In this document: positions 18,570 through 30,541 of the stretch, piece after piece
How positions within the stretch are numbered: position 1 is the stretch's first letter
How the letters are laid out: the number at the start of each line of letters is the position of its first letter
DNA from: Paramoeba atlantica
Taxonomy: Eukaryota; Protista; Discosea
Length of the DNA stretch: 64,000 bases
Reading direction: 5' to 3'
Assembly: GCA_977017575.1 (NCBI GenBank)
Contig: CDRNVI010000063.1
Span: forward strand, 434,001 to 498,000
The notes under the pieces: model-generated
The model's database searches: none
The model's input: the letters and a program-made list of their open reading frames with translations, nothing else
Told to the model about the DNA's origin: nothing
Made by a program: the position numbers and the translations under genes

Positions 18570-21500
18570 TTAGTGTTCAAGTCCTCCGAGCCACTGAATT
18601 GGTGGAAAGTATTGTCGGAGTTGCGTGGCAATTGTGTACGCGTTCATCTTCTCTATTTCAAGTTGGAACGCTTCTTTGACATCCTTCACGTTTTGTTGTG
18701 ACCGTTGTGCGAGCGAGACAATGAGAGTTTTCGTGTTGTTGTGCAACTGTCCTAATTCGGTCATTGCCAAGCAGCTGAAACTTTCTTTCGGTATGCCCCC
18801 TTGTACAACGTATTTTTTGTGCTTGCGCTCAAGGGCATTTTGGATTAACTGCTCGACGGAGGTTTTGGCATAGCTCGGGGCACAACTGTGAACTACGGTG
18901 ACATCGTAGAGAATTTCTCCGAGATGGGACCACATGATACCGAGATCAGGGCCTGATCGCATACGTCTTGCTCTGCATGGGTGATGTTCAGAGAGCTCTT
19001 CGGATATGGTGGCCTTACATTTGGTGCAGAAGAATGATGAATGTACTCGAGGTTCTATAACATGGGGCACCCCTGCTTTGGCACACAATTCACCTAGGAA
19101 ATCCACGCCGAGGGGGCTCCATGAAACTGATAAGTAACAAACAAATATAAGTAAATACATATGACTAATATAATCACACTTCCAAATCGTCCCAAAATCA
19201 AAGAACACATAATACGATATATAGATAGAATTCACATGCACAAACATAGTTCAAAAGAAAGCCTGCATAGAACCAATAATAATGTGTCACGTTGTTAACG
19301 GGGTTCCCCCCCACCGGAACCCTCGGCCAAATGGCTGGGGGCTTGGTGGGTGGGCACAAAAACTTAAAGTGAAGTAAAATAACAACCTAACAAGGATATA
19401 TAAGATAATAGTAAATACCCATCCCATGTAAAATTCTGAATACAAATCATAATTCGAAGAAACTATGTGCCCCGAAGGGCCAGCAGGCAAATATATAACA
19501 GCCCCTCGGCTAAATTTCAAAACGTGGACTATTAGAAACGGACTAATCGTGTGTGCTTCTTCGTTGCATTTATCCCACAGCATTGTGTACATCCAGGAAT
19601 GTGCTGGAAGATGGTATCAGAAGAGTATTCTGTCAGGCATCCCGGGCATACCACACTCTTAGGCATATTTTCTGGCACTATTCCCAGGCGCATCATTATA
19701 CAGAAACGGAAGAGGTACGGATTGATGTAGTTGCTGGTTGATTGCAGGTGGTGAAATGATGCGGATCCTCGCTCCATTAGTTCTTTGAGGCGCATGTCCT
19801 TTCTCAGCTCGGTTGCAAATCGTTTTTGTTCAGATCGTATTGCTTTCATGACTAATCGCTTGGAAGTATCATTCTTCTGGCTGTCACGTTCGTTCAGAGC
19901 CCTGTTTCGCTTGGATCCCGCTATGACCACCGGAGCGTTATTGGTTTTGGATTGCTCTTCAATGGCTTTGCGAGACGCTTGGAAAAAGTGCTTTTGCTTC
20001 AAACATGACGGAGTAAGTCCGAGTCCGCCGAGATATTGCGGAAGTGTGGCGAGTTTTGCAGTAGGGCCCGTTGCATTAAACCAATGCTGAATAATACTGC
20101 CTACTTCCGCGTCGAACTGCTGGGCGATTTCAAGGGATGCTTCGGGCTTGTGTACTCGGAGGTGATAGTCTTGACGGGGGATGGCGCACCGATTCAGAAT
20201 TGCGAGGGATAGGTTGCTCGGTCCCATGAGTCGAAGACGGCGAAAGAGACACTTGTGTTTGTCCATCTTTTTCTTTAGGCATTCACTTACCATCTCGTCC
20301 TGTCCGATATATGCACCTAGAATTTTCACTGTTTCTTGCGGGCAGGCTACCCCCATCGCTTGCAGAGTTTGGGGCGTCCATGGAGTGTCTGTTTTCTTGA
20401 ACCATTCGCATTTCTGGAAGTTCATTTCCAGTCCCAGAAGTCGTGAAGATTCGTGCAGGTGTAGAAAGGCGGTCTGCAAGGATAGGGGATTTGTTGATGA
20501 CAAGGTTATGTCGTCCATGTACGCTCGAACCGTTACATCTGGAAAGGACTCTTCGATTTCTTTGAGCGAATCCTGTATCAGGGCACAGAAGTATAGTGAC
20601 GAAAGCGCTGAGCCCTGTCGAACGCCAGAAGTGCTCTTCACGATCGAATGGAGCGAGTTATTGGCAAAGAAGAGCAGATCAGACGAGTCCCCGTACTCAA
20701 GATTAAAAATCCGCATGAAAGGTTTGAAGATGCCGTCTTTCTTGAGTGCTTCGAAGATTGCTTGACGCGTGGGGGTATTGTAGGCATTCTTATAATCGAT
20801 CGCCAAGATGGCGTGTCCCTTGTCATATTCATCGAGCACCTCGTGAACAATTCCCTCGCACGCATTCTTTTGGAGGATCCCTCTTTGGACAGGCTGGAAA
20901 AATTTCTTCAGTTTCTCTTCGTTCCTGTTTAGAAGGATCGAGCCACATACTTTCAATAGAGTCTCCCCAATTGCAATCGGTCGTATTCCGTTCTGCGGTT
21001 TGTTGATGGCCATTAGTCGACATCGTGTCAGTCTGTCACGCACCGACGATGCGATCTCCCCGTTCACTACATCGCGTAACATATGGCAGAGCGCGGTGCT
21101 GGATTCCTCGTCATCCGCAAGTAGGCGCAACATGGCTTCACTCAATCCCGTAGGGCCCGGGGAAGCTCCCGGAGCCAGTTTCTCTATCGCGGCCCGAAGT
21201 TCGTGTTTTTCGATGATTCCTGTTCGGGGGTCTGCGTCCGTCTGAGCTTGTGGGCGCTCTCCATCGGGATGTAGACTCTTGAGCTCCGCTACTTTCTCCT
21301 CAACGCTAAGGTTCGAGTCAAAATATACGTTGTCGAGGATACGCGTAGCTTTGCTTAGGTTACCAGCCCTAGCCGTTCGAAGCGCACTGCGGATTGATCG
21401 GCGGTCGACTTCACGTTCAAGTTTCTCGTCAGGTGAGGAGAACGCCGGCTCCTCGTTGCGCAATTTGTTTGGCACATGATACTTCCGCTGGATCGCTTGT

Positions 21501-22260
21501 CGCACAGTGGTGAGTGAGTCGCGGGGTGCGTTTAGAAACTTGTGCCAGACGGATGTTTTCTCTGTTATAAGCTTGAGCGTGGGATATCCTCGCAGGATTG
21601 ATCTAAAGATTGCTATGACGTGAGCGGCAAACGTGGGGTCGATGTGGGCGAGTGGGGGAAGAGGCTCCAAGTCGCATCCCGTGTCACAATCTTGTGTTTC
21701 TTCGATATCCAAAAATGGCGTTTGTGTCACAATACGGTTGAGCTTTACCACCCGTAATCGGAAGATGTTAATCTTGTGAGATGCAGGTAGATATAGAAAT
21801 CCTGATGGACCTGGCTGATGCTGCGGTGTGTAGGAAATCTTTACCCTGATTGCACCTTTTCTAGAATGTCGCGTAACAACTTCTCCAATCGACTGATAAA
21901 TCTCACTGCTGTGGCGGAATTTCCAATGTAGCTCGCAAGTAGTTCCTTTTCCCCAGTCGTTGATTATCTTTAGTATTTGGTCCGGAGCTTTCATTGTTTC
22001 TTCGGCGACCTCGGCCACCCGATCGTCCTCCGAGATGTCTGATCCTGATGCAGATGAGCTCTCCGATCCTTCGTCATGTGACATGTCCGCTTGTCCGAGG
22101 TTCGCCTTCGTTAGATCAGAGCTACGGAGTATCACTTTTACCTTTTTCGGAGTTTTCTTCAGTCGTGTCTCTTTTCTGATCTTAATTTTCAAGGATGACT
22201 CTCCAGTTTGACTTCTTCGTAGAATTTCATTTCTCCGAACACTGGCAAAAGCGGTTTCCT
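18570..22260 (-). pseudogene. CRE-clade non-LTR element (family A), ORF split by a 437-bp insert
   Basis: ORF 19532..22192 (GVRQGSALSS, AYMDDITL) continues in 18570..19097 (RSGPDLGIMW...LYDVTVVH) once the insert is removed. Confidence 0.92.
19098..19534 (-). mobile_element. ~400-bp structured non-coding insertion element, copy 2 (sense to its host)
   Basis: TAATAGTCCACG...CGTGGATTTC; removal gives CGT TTC|CTA GGT (RFLG). Confidence 0.88.
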
Positions 22261-22519
22261 CGTCTTTCGTGTTGAATCAAAGTTATAAATGAACAAAAAC
22301 AGAAACGTTCTCACGATTCTGCATAGGCGGAAGAGGGGGAAGAGTAGTAGTATGAATGAGAAACCTAAACAACGGTACGATCATCAATTTTTTTTTTTTT
22401 TTTTTTTACGTTCAAGACTGAAAAATTCTTTCTTCTAAAATATATTCTATTTTTTTTTTCTGAGCCTTCTCCCAAAGATCGTTCGTATTATCCTAAATCT
22501 CGCAGGCATTCTAAACACG

Positions 22520-24306
22520 GATAATCGTTGTGAATAATAATAAGAACTTTTAAGAGCTTTTCTAATGTGCGAACTTGTTGGTCGACTCACTGACGCAGTC
22601 CACCAATCCAATGTGCTTCTGGAATATACTCGCGGAGCTGCGATACAATAGTATACGCTGCTAGCTTTTCTATCTCGAGTTGGAAGGCCTCACGTACGTC
22701 TTCGTACTTTTGTTTGGCTCGTTGGGATAATGCCTTGAGGAGGGTTTTGGTGTCGTTGTGCAGAAGACCGCAGTCAGAGGCGGCCAGGCAACGAAAAGAG
22801 TCGCTTTCTACGCCTTTCTCCGTAACGTACTTCTTGAATTTCTTGTCGAGCACGTGCTGCATCAGCGCTGTACTTGTTTGTTTGGCATAGCTGCTGCAAC
22901 AAGTGTGAACAACGGTAAAATCATACAGGACCTCCCCCATGTGGGGCCACATAATAGCAAGATCAGGACCGGATCGGATTCTGCGGGCTTTGCAAGGATG
23001 ATGTTCAGCTACTTCCGCTGAGATGGAACACTTGCACTTAGTACAGAAAAACGAAGAATGGATGCGCGGTTAGATAATACAAGGGAGACCAGCTTTGGAG
23101 CACAAATCTGCGAGGTACCTCACTATGTGTGAGTGCTTTCTGGTGCAATTCATGCCCGAGCACCGGGAGCATCCTGCGACGTGTGGTATAATGCTGGTAG
23201 GAGATTCATGGCCACAGCATCCAGGGCATATAACATCGGCCGGTGCGTTATGTAATCCGATGCCCAAACGCATCATCAAAGTGTATCGGAAGAGGTACGG
23301 GTTTACATAATTGCTGGTGCTTTCTAAATGCATGTTTGATTCCTTTGTACGCTTCAATAAAAGTCCCATGTGAGAATCCTTCTGCAGCTCAGTTATCTGT
23401 TTATCGTGTTCTGCACTTAGCTTCTTTTTCAATAGCTTGCGCGCTGCCTCTCCTCGACTTTGCGGTTGTTTCACAGCTTTTTCGCTGCCTTTCTGATCTA
23501 CCGGAGCGTTATTGGGTTTAAGGTGCTCATCAATAGATTTGCTGGCAGTTTCGAAGAAATGTTTTTGCTTCAGAGTCGAGGAAATTAAGCCTAGGCCACC
23601 GAGTTTCTGTGGTAGAGCGGCGAGTTTCAGGGCGTTTGCGTCTGCTCCACTCCACTTTTCTAGAACTTTGTTTACTTGGTTCTCGAAGGATTGTGCTAGT
23701 TGGAAAGTAGCGCCTGGCCGATGTACTCGTAGATGGTAATCGTGCCGTGGAATCGTACAACGGCGGAGAATGGCAAGAGACAAGTTACTGGGACCCATAA
23801 GCAACAACCTGCGGAATAGGCACTTGTGTTTCTCCATTTTCTTGATCAGCAGATTTTCCACGACTTGGTCTGTACCTACGTATGCGCCTAAGACTTTTAT
23901 CGCATCACTGCAAAAGTTTACTCCAAGTTTTTCCAACGGAGGAGGCTTCGTGTTGTGGCGGCCGTGGTCTGACGTTGGGTTTTTCTCGATGCTTTGCGCT
24001 TTGTGTTCCATCTTCTTTTGCCAGTTGAGGGGAATATGCTGTGGAATGGGGGTTGTGTACATGAGGTCGTCGTACGTGCTAGCGTCTTGGATGAGTTTCT
24101 TGTTTGCCTCAAACTGGTCCCATGATCCAATCTCGAGTCTATTCGCTTGTTCCGTAAAGTTCAAGTTGTGCTCCTTTACGCCAGTGGACCTCACTGCTGC
24201 AGTGTTCTGCTGCTGATGCGACGGCGTGCCTTGCGCCGCCCTCGGGGGAGGTTCTGACATAAAAGAAAGAAAAGCAAAGTAGTAAAAATTCAACAAGGTA
24301 CAGAAA
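22520..24306 (-). pseudogene. Chimeric SL-capped retrocopy: LsmAD-like N-terminus fused to the 3' half of the 30475-34078 element; one nonsense change at 23070
   Basis: 22520-23946 is near-identical to 30475-31901; 23947-24260 is unrelated to it and encodes WDQFEANKKLIQDASTYDDLMYTT; a GAA in the intact copy is TAA here. Confidence 0.85.
24291..24306 (-). other. 5'-truncated SL exon copy (16 nt)
   Basis: TTTCTGTACCTTGTTG directly before the UTR and the ATG at 24260. Confidence 0.75.
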
Positions 24307-24308
24307 AG

Positions 24309-24804
24309 TTGTTAAGACCCTTTCTTTTGTTAATACCCTTTCTTTTGTTAAGACCCTTTCTTTTGTTAAGACCCTTTCTTTTGTTAAGACCCTTTCTTTT
24401 GTTAAGACCCTTTCTTTTGTTAAGACCCTTTCTTTTGTTAAGACCCTTTCTTTTGTTAAGACCCTTTCTTTTGTTAAGACCCTTTCTTTTGTTAAGACCC
24501 TTTCTTTTGTTAAGACCCTTTCTTTTGTTAAGACCCTTTCTTTTGTTAAGACCCTTTCTTTTGTTAAGACCCTTTCTTTTGTTAAGACCCTTTCTTTTGT
24601 TAAGACCCTTTCTTTTGTTAAGACCCTTTCTTTTGTTAAGACCCTTTCTTTTGTTAAGACCCTTTCTTTTGTTAAGACCCTTTCTTTTGTTAAGACCCTT
24701 TCTTTTGTTAAGACCCTTTCTTTTGTTAAGACCCTTTCTTTTGTTAAGACCCTTTCTTTTGTTAAGACCCTTTCTTTTGTTAAGACCCTTTCTTTTGTTA
24801 AGAC
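24309..24804. repeat. Type-1 18-bp array, about 27 units, followed by a T-tract
   Basis: Read directly. Confidence 0.97.
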
Positions 24805-24910
24805 TTTTTTTTTTTTTTTTTTTTTTTTTTGAGACAGAACTACAGAGCTACCGAAATATAACATCCATCATGTATAATGTTTTTTTTTTTTTTTTTTTTT
24901 TTTTTTTGAC

Positions 24911-25020
24911 AGGATGAGGCACGAGACATTATTTGCTCCCATTCTCCGCAATCTTCTAAAAATTGTTTTATGCTTACGAAGATTCCAGTTGAATAGCACA
25001 TTTTGAATATCACTTTTCAA
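24911..25020 (-). pseudogene. Small family-A CRE RT fragment next to a T-tract
   Basis: KHKTIFRRLRRMGANNVSCLILSK matches KHNDIFRQLKRMGPSNLSCKILSK. Confidence 0.6.
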
Positions 25021-27792
25021 CCTAGAATAACAATCCTTCTTTTTTTTATTTAATTTCATTTATTTCTATATAATATAATAAAATATCTTTTTTTTTAGAC
25101 GAAGGTAACTATATTTAGATATATTCGCCATCATTTGTGCAAAGGGGCGATTATTCGAAAATTTTGATTTTGCTAAATTTTTTTTCTAATTATGTAAAGG
25201 TAAGGGTGGTGGTCCAAAATTTTCGAGTTGCAAAGTAAAGCAAAAGCTTTATTAACTTTTGCAAAAAGTTTTAACTTATGGAAATTGTTTCTAATGTTCA
25301 ATAAAATAAAATCATATATTTCGTCTGAACGATTACCTGACTTTCCGAGTATAATTACTAACACAAGTTTACATTTTTGTCATTGTGATATTTGTCCTTC
25401 AGGAAAATAACCATAAAGTAAAGTAAAGTGCTCAGTTTGCGTTTACTGGGAAAGATTAGTTGTGTTAATAAAACCGTTTAAGGAAAGATTAGTTACTTAG
25501 TCCGCCTATCCAGTTGCAGTGTGGGATCACGTCTCTTAGTTGGCATACAACTGTGTATGCATTGAATTTTTCAACTGCTAGTCGGAAGGCATCGCGTGTG
25601 TCTTTAGGATTGAGGTGTGCCCGTGCTGCTAAAACAGAGATGAGTCTTTTAGTGTCTTCATGGAGAAGCCCACAATCAGTCACCGCTAAGCATTTGAACG
25701 CCTCTGGTTCCAAACCATTCTGTTCTACATACTTTTTATTTTTCCTGGCCAGTGCGTTTTCCATTAGTTGTTCAGGGGTGAACTTTGCATTTGACACCGT
25801 ACAAGTATGTACAACAGTTACGTCATACAATATCTCTCCCTGGTGAGGCCACATTATTCCCAAGTCAGGACCAGAACGTATCCGACGCGCTCTACACGCA
25901 TGTCGTTCAGCTGCATCTGCAGAAATACTTGCCTTGCACTTTGTGCAATAGAATGAAGCATGTACTCGAGGTTCGACCACGTGAGGGAGCCCAGCCTTGG
26001 TGCATAAATCTGAAAGCAAACGGATCAGGTGTGTGTGTTTCTTCGTGGTGTTCATACCTGAACATTGTGCGCAGCCCGCAACATGATGAAGAAGGCCGTT
26101 TCCTTCTTGCTGTGACCCGCATCCCGGACAATGGCAAATCCCTGAGGCTTTCGGGAGTGATATCCCCAATCGCATCATTATGGAATATCGGAAAAGATAG
26201 GGATTGATGTAATCATTAGTGGAGACCAAGTGTGAATTCGAGTCCTTTGTTCTGCTAATGACTTCACTTAATCGCTTGTTTGCTTTGATTTCTGACAGCA
26301 CTTTTGTTTGCTCTTCGCGAATTGCTTTAGAGGCCTTAGTTTTTATTTTCATCGGATTCAAAGTAACGCCACTAACTTTCTCAACAGCTTGTTGACCTAC
26401 CGGAGCTTTAGTGGATATTTTATGCTCATCAATAGATCGTCTGGCTGCTTCAAAAAGGTACCGTTGCTTTAAGGTGGACTGAGTGAGACCAAGACCTCCC
26501 ATTTTTTGCGGTAGAGTTGCGAGGCGGAGTGAGTCACCTGTGGCGAGAAACCAGTGTGAGATAATTCTTGATATTTCAACATCGAAGCATTCCGCAATTT
26601 TCAGTGTAGCTGCTGGTTTGTGGACGCGCAAAAAGTAATCCTGTCGTGGAATCGTGCATCGTTGCAACATTGCTAACGAAAGATTGCTTGGGCCCATGAT
26701 TTGCAAACGTCGAAAAAGGCATACATGCTTTACTGACTGTCGTACGAGCTTTTCACTAACGTCCTCATTCTCCCCTATGTAGGCGCCTAGGATCTTGACA
26801 GATTTCTCCGGTGACGATAGACCAGCTTTCTGCAATGCCAGTGGACAGTTTTTTGCTCCTTTCTGAAACCACTCTGTTTTATTGCAGTTGACATCAAGTG
26901 ATAAGTCTTTAGAAAGTTCTTGAAGATGGAGGAAAGCGGCTTCTAGGGATAAAGTGTTTCGAGATGAAAGCGTGATGTCGTCCATATATGCTCGGATCGT
27001 GACTTCAGGAAAAAGATCGGCTACTTCAGCTAGGATGGGATGTATTAAGCTACAAAAGTAGAGAGATGAGAGCGCTGAACCTTGTCGTACTCCAGATGTG
27101 CTTTTGATTGTTGAATAGAATGTGTTGTCAGCAAAGAAAAGAAGATCAGATGGCTCGGAGTACTCTAGGAAAAAGAGGCGCATAAATGGTCTGAAAACAT
27201 CATGCTTTTGAAGAGTTTCTGCAATGGCGATTCTGTTTGGTGTGTTGAATGCGTTAGTGTAATCGACTGTGACGATCTTGTGGTCTGCCTCGTATTCTTC
27301 TATCAGTTCATGCACAATTTGCTCACACGCATTCTTTTGTAGTATGCCTCGTTGGAAGGTTTGAAAGTGCTTTTTAAGCGCGTCTTCATGTCGTTGCAAA
27401 AGAATGATGCCACACACTTTAAGGATGGTCTCTCCTATAGCGATCGGGCGCAGTTTATTTATTTGTTTGGGCAAAGCTACTAATCTGCATCTTGTGAGTC
27501 GATCACGCACCGAGTTTGGAATGTCGCCATTGATCACGTCGCGGAACATGTGGCATAAGCAAATGCTGCATTCTTCATCGTCGGCGAGAAGTCGCAACAT
27601 CGATTCGCTGAAACCTGTAGGTCCGGGGGAAGCACCCTTTGCCAATTTGCTGGCCGCTAAGAGGAGTTCGTCTCGTTCAACAATTCCAATGCGCGGAAAG
27701 TCAACACTCATCGGCATTTGAGGCGTTTTCCCGGAAGGATGGAGACTTTTTAGAAGAGAAACTTTTTCTTCGACAGTCAGGGGTGATTGTTT

Positions 27793-28193
27793 GAAATCCA
27801 CGCCGAGGGGCTCCCTGGAAACATATACACTGATAACATATATGAATAAATGAACAACTATGAATAGCTCAATCGTAATTCAAAATGACACAACATATCA
27901 TTCATTCATTTCACACGCACAAAGATGGAAAAGAAACAAGCCTGCATAAAACAACACAATCAATGTCACTCTGTTAACGGGGTTCCCCCCCCCACCGGAA
28001 CCCTCGGCCAACCTGCACAAAACTTTAAACGTAACAAAATAACAACCTAACAAGAATATAACAAACGAGTAAACACCCCCCTCCATGCAATTAGAGAATA
28101 CTACATCATAATTTGAGAAAATTATGTGCCCCGAAGGGCCAGCAGGCAAATATATAGCCGCCCCTCGGCTAAATTTCAAAACGTGAACTATTA
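27793..28193 (-). mobile_element. ~400-bp structured non-coding insertion element, copy 3 (sense to its host)
   Basis: TAATAGTTCACG...CGTGGATTTC; removal gives GTC TAC|AAA CAA (NVYKQS, compare NVYKES in the intact paralog). Confidence 0.88.
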
Positions 28194-28747
28194 GTAGACG
28201 TTATCGAGAATACGCGTTGCTTTGCCTAGGTTTCCTGCTTTTGCCGTTCGTAAAGCATTGCGGATCGCTCGGCGGTCAGTTTCTAACTCTTCTTGTTCTT
28301 CTTGGCTGAGCTTGTCGACGTTGTATTCATATTTACTTTTACTTTTCGGCGCGTGAGTCGTGGCTCGTGTTCGCATTAGCATTTTCCTCACAGTGGTCAA
28401 AGCATCTCTCGGAGCATTTAGGAACCTGTGCCATAGGATTTCTTTTTCGGACAGAAGTTGTAAACGAGGATATTCGCGAATTGTCTCTCTGAAAATTGAA
28501 ACCACATGTACAGCAAAGGACGGTTCTATTTGAGCTAGCGGTGGAAGTGGTTCCATGTCTCTGTGCGTGTCGGATTCCTTCGTCGTCTCTGACATGCTCT
28601 CCGGAAAATTTAGCGTGTTTACTCCTTTGCTTGGTATTCGATTTATCTTCGTAGCACAGATTTGAAAGACTCGCACTTTGTCAGACTGTGGAAGAAAGAG
28701 GTTTCCTTGGGGTCCGGTTTGTCCTTCAGCAGGGGAGTACGCAATCT

Positions 28748-29620
28748 TTATTGCGGTGGTTGTAAAACTACCGCTCTACACTCGATTATTGAAAAAAAAG
28801 TGAACAAAAACAGTGAAAATATAAAGAGGAACACAGTAATATAATAGAAGAAAAAAATATAAAAGGGGGCTCCGGTGGTCCAAAACTGAAAAAAAATTTT
28901 GAAAAAAATGGGGGGTCCATGGGGGGGGTCCAGGGGGGGGGTCCAGGGGGGGGGTCCAGGGGGGGGGTCCAGGGGGGGGGGGGCATGGTCGATCAAATTT
29001 TTTCGAAAAAATTAGTTTTCGAAAAAAAACCGCAGAAAGGGTAGCCGGGGTCTTGGCGCGCATTTTCCACCCCCCTACCCGGGGGTGACCCCCCCGCGTA
29101 TCCGCAGGACGGGTCCGCCAAGTTCGGATTTTTTCGGAAAATTTTTTTCGAAAAAAATTTCAACTTGGCGAAAAAAATGGTAAAAAAAATATTTTTCCAA
29201 AATCGTTTCCCCTATTGTATTTTGATAGTTTGGGACCTACACTAGCTTTCTAGGCAGTTGTTTTCGCAAGGTATCACTTCTTCGAACTGTGGTGCGCCCC
29301 CCAAAATGACCCACTTTTGACTAAAAAAGGTGAAAAAGTATTTTTCGGACCTAAAGGGGCATTTTTGTGTCGAAAGAATGGTATGGTTGGAGTCGCATTC
29401 TCTACCCAATACGTTCGGTAGGCTTTCATTCATGCCTGCGAGTGATTTCCCATGCGCAAATGTCGGATTTAGTGCTCTGAGAGCAAAAATATGCGAAAAT
29501 GACCCCATTTGTACCCGAAATTCGGCTATTTTTGGCTATAATCTTTTCCGTTTTCAACGCGAAGCGCGCAGCATGAGTGACTTCTAAGTTGAAAACAACC
29601 ACCGCGTTTAACGAAGAGCC
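28748..29620. mobile_element. 873-bp non-coding insertion with subterminal inverted repeats and a G-tract minisatellite
   Basis: GCGGTGGTTGT near the left end and ACAACCACCGC near the right end; removal restores CGT ATT A|AG ATT GCG (RIKIA); no target duplication; (GGGGGGGGTCCA)n at about 28910-28982. Confidence 0.75.
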
Positions 29621-30315
29621 TAATACGAACCTGACCTTTCCTTGAGACGCGGGACACTACTTCGCCGACAGAATAAAAAATTTCTTCTCCGTAGCGGAAG
29701 TTCCAAAGGATCTCGCATTGAGTACCGCGGCCCCATTCTGATACAATGTCTTGAACTTGGTCTGGCGCTTTCAAACTTCGTGTGCGTGCCAGCTCACTCA
29801 TACACAGATCGTCGGATGACATTGTTTCAGATGAGGTACTTAGGCCATCGGTGTCCGCTGACATGTCGTCTTCATTTTGCGGCGCATTTTCGGTTATTTG
29901 GGGAGACTTCGATGGCATATCTGAGCTTGTTTGATCCGAAGGTCGTGAGTCTCCGATGATAACTTTGATTTTCCGTGGTTTGCTTTGTCGTGATTCTTGT
30001 CGTGTGATGCATTCTCGCGGTTCGATGTTCATTTCGTCTGAATTTGTGGAGTTGTCGTGAATGTCGCTGCTTTTGTCCATAATCTCGTTTAGACCTTTGC
30101 CCTTTAGACTACCTACTTTTCCTTTCCATTTCTTCGACACTTGAGGTAGAATTGGTGTAGGGTAGTGTATTTCGTTCCAGTCGCTCTGTGGGTCGATATT
30201 GGATTCGTTGGTCGAGTGCTGCATTGCAAGTTTGGAGCGCGTTAGCACAACCATAAAATTTTTGTAAAGTTTAACGAAAAAAAAGCACACAACAAAGTGC
30301 AGAAAGAAAGAAACA

Positions 30316-30348
30316 CAACAAGGTACAGAAACTGTATCTTTATCGTTA
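30316..30348 (-). other. Spliced-leader exon retrocopy (33 nt)
   Basis: Identical 33-mer about 60 nt upstream of the ATG at 30254. Confidence 0.87.
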
Positions 30349-30541
30349 TGTTTTGTGTCACTATATAAACTAGTTTATGAATAACAAACGTACAATGCCC
30401 GTCGGCCAACTAACGTAAATATAATTCTCAGAAATCAAAATTTCCATTGTACAATTCTTTTCGTAAACTTTTAGGATAATCGTTGTGAATAATAATAAGA
30501 ACTTTTAAGAGCTTTTCTAATGTGCGAACTTGTTGGTCGAC

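Larger units (their letters stand above)
25489..30348 (-). pseudogene. Full-length SL-capped family-A CRE element interrupted by two insertions
   Basis: Segments 29621-30254, 28194-28747 and 25489-27792 total 3492 nt and join in frame into a 1163-aa ORF (MVVLTRSK...RT...RLE). Confidence 0.9.

Noticed and set aside
19098-19534. Group I, group II or spliceosomal intron identity for the ~400-bp element
   Set aside because: No GT-AG, no U|...G, no GUGYG...AY boundaries, no recognisable P7 or domain V, and one copy is antisense to its host.
28748-29063. Proline-rich ORFs (PPPGPPPWTPP)
   Set aside because: They are translations of the G-tract minisatellite in a non-coding insertion.
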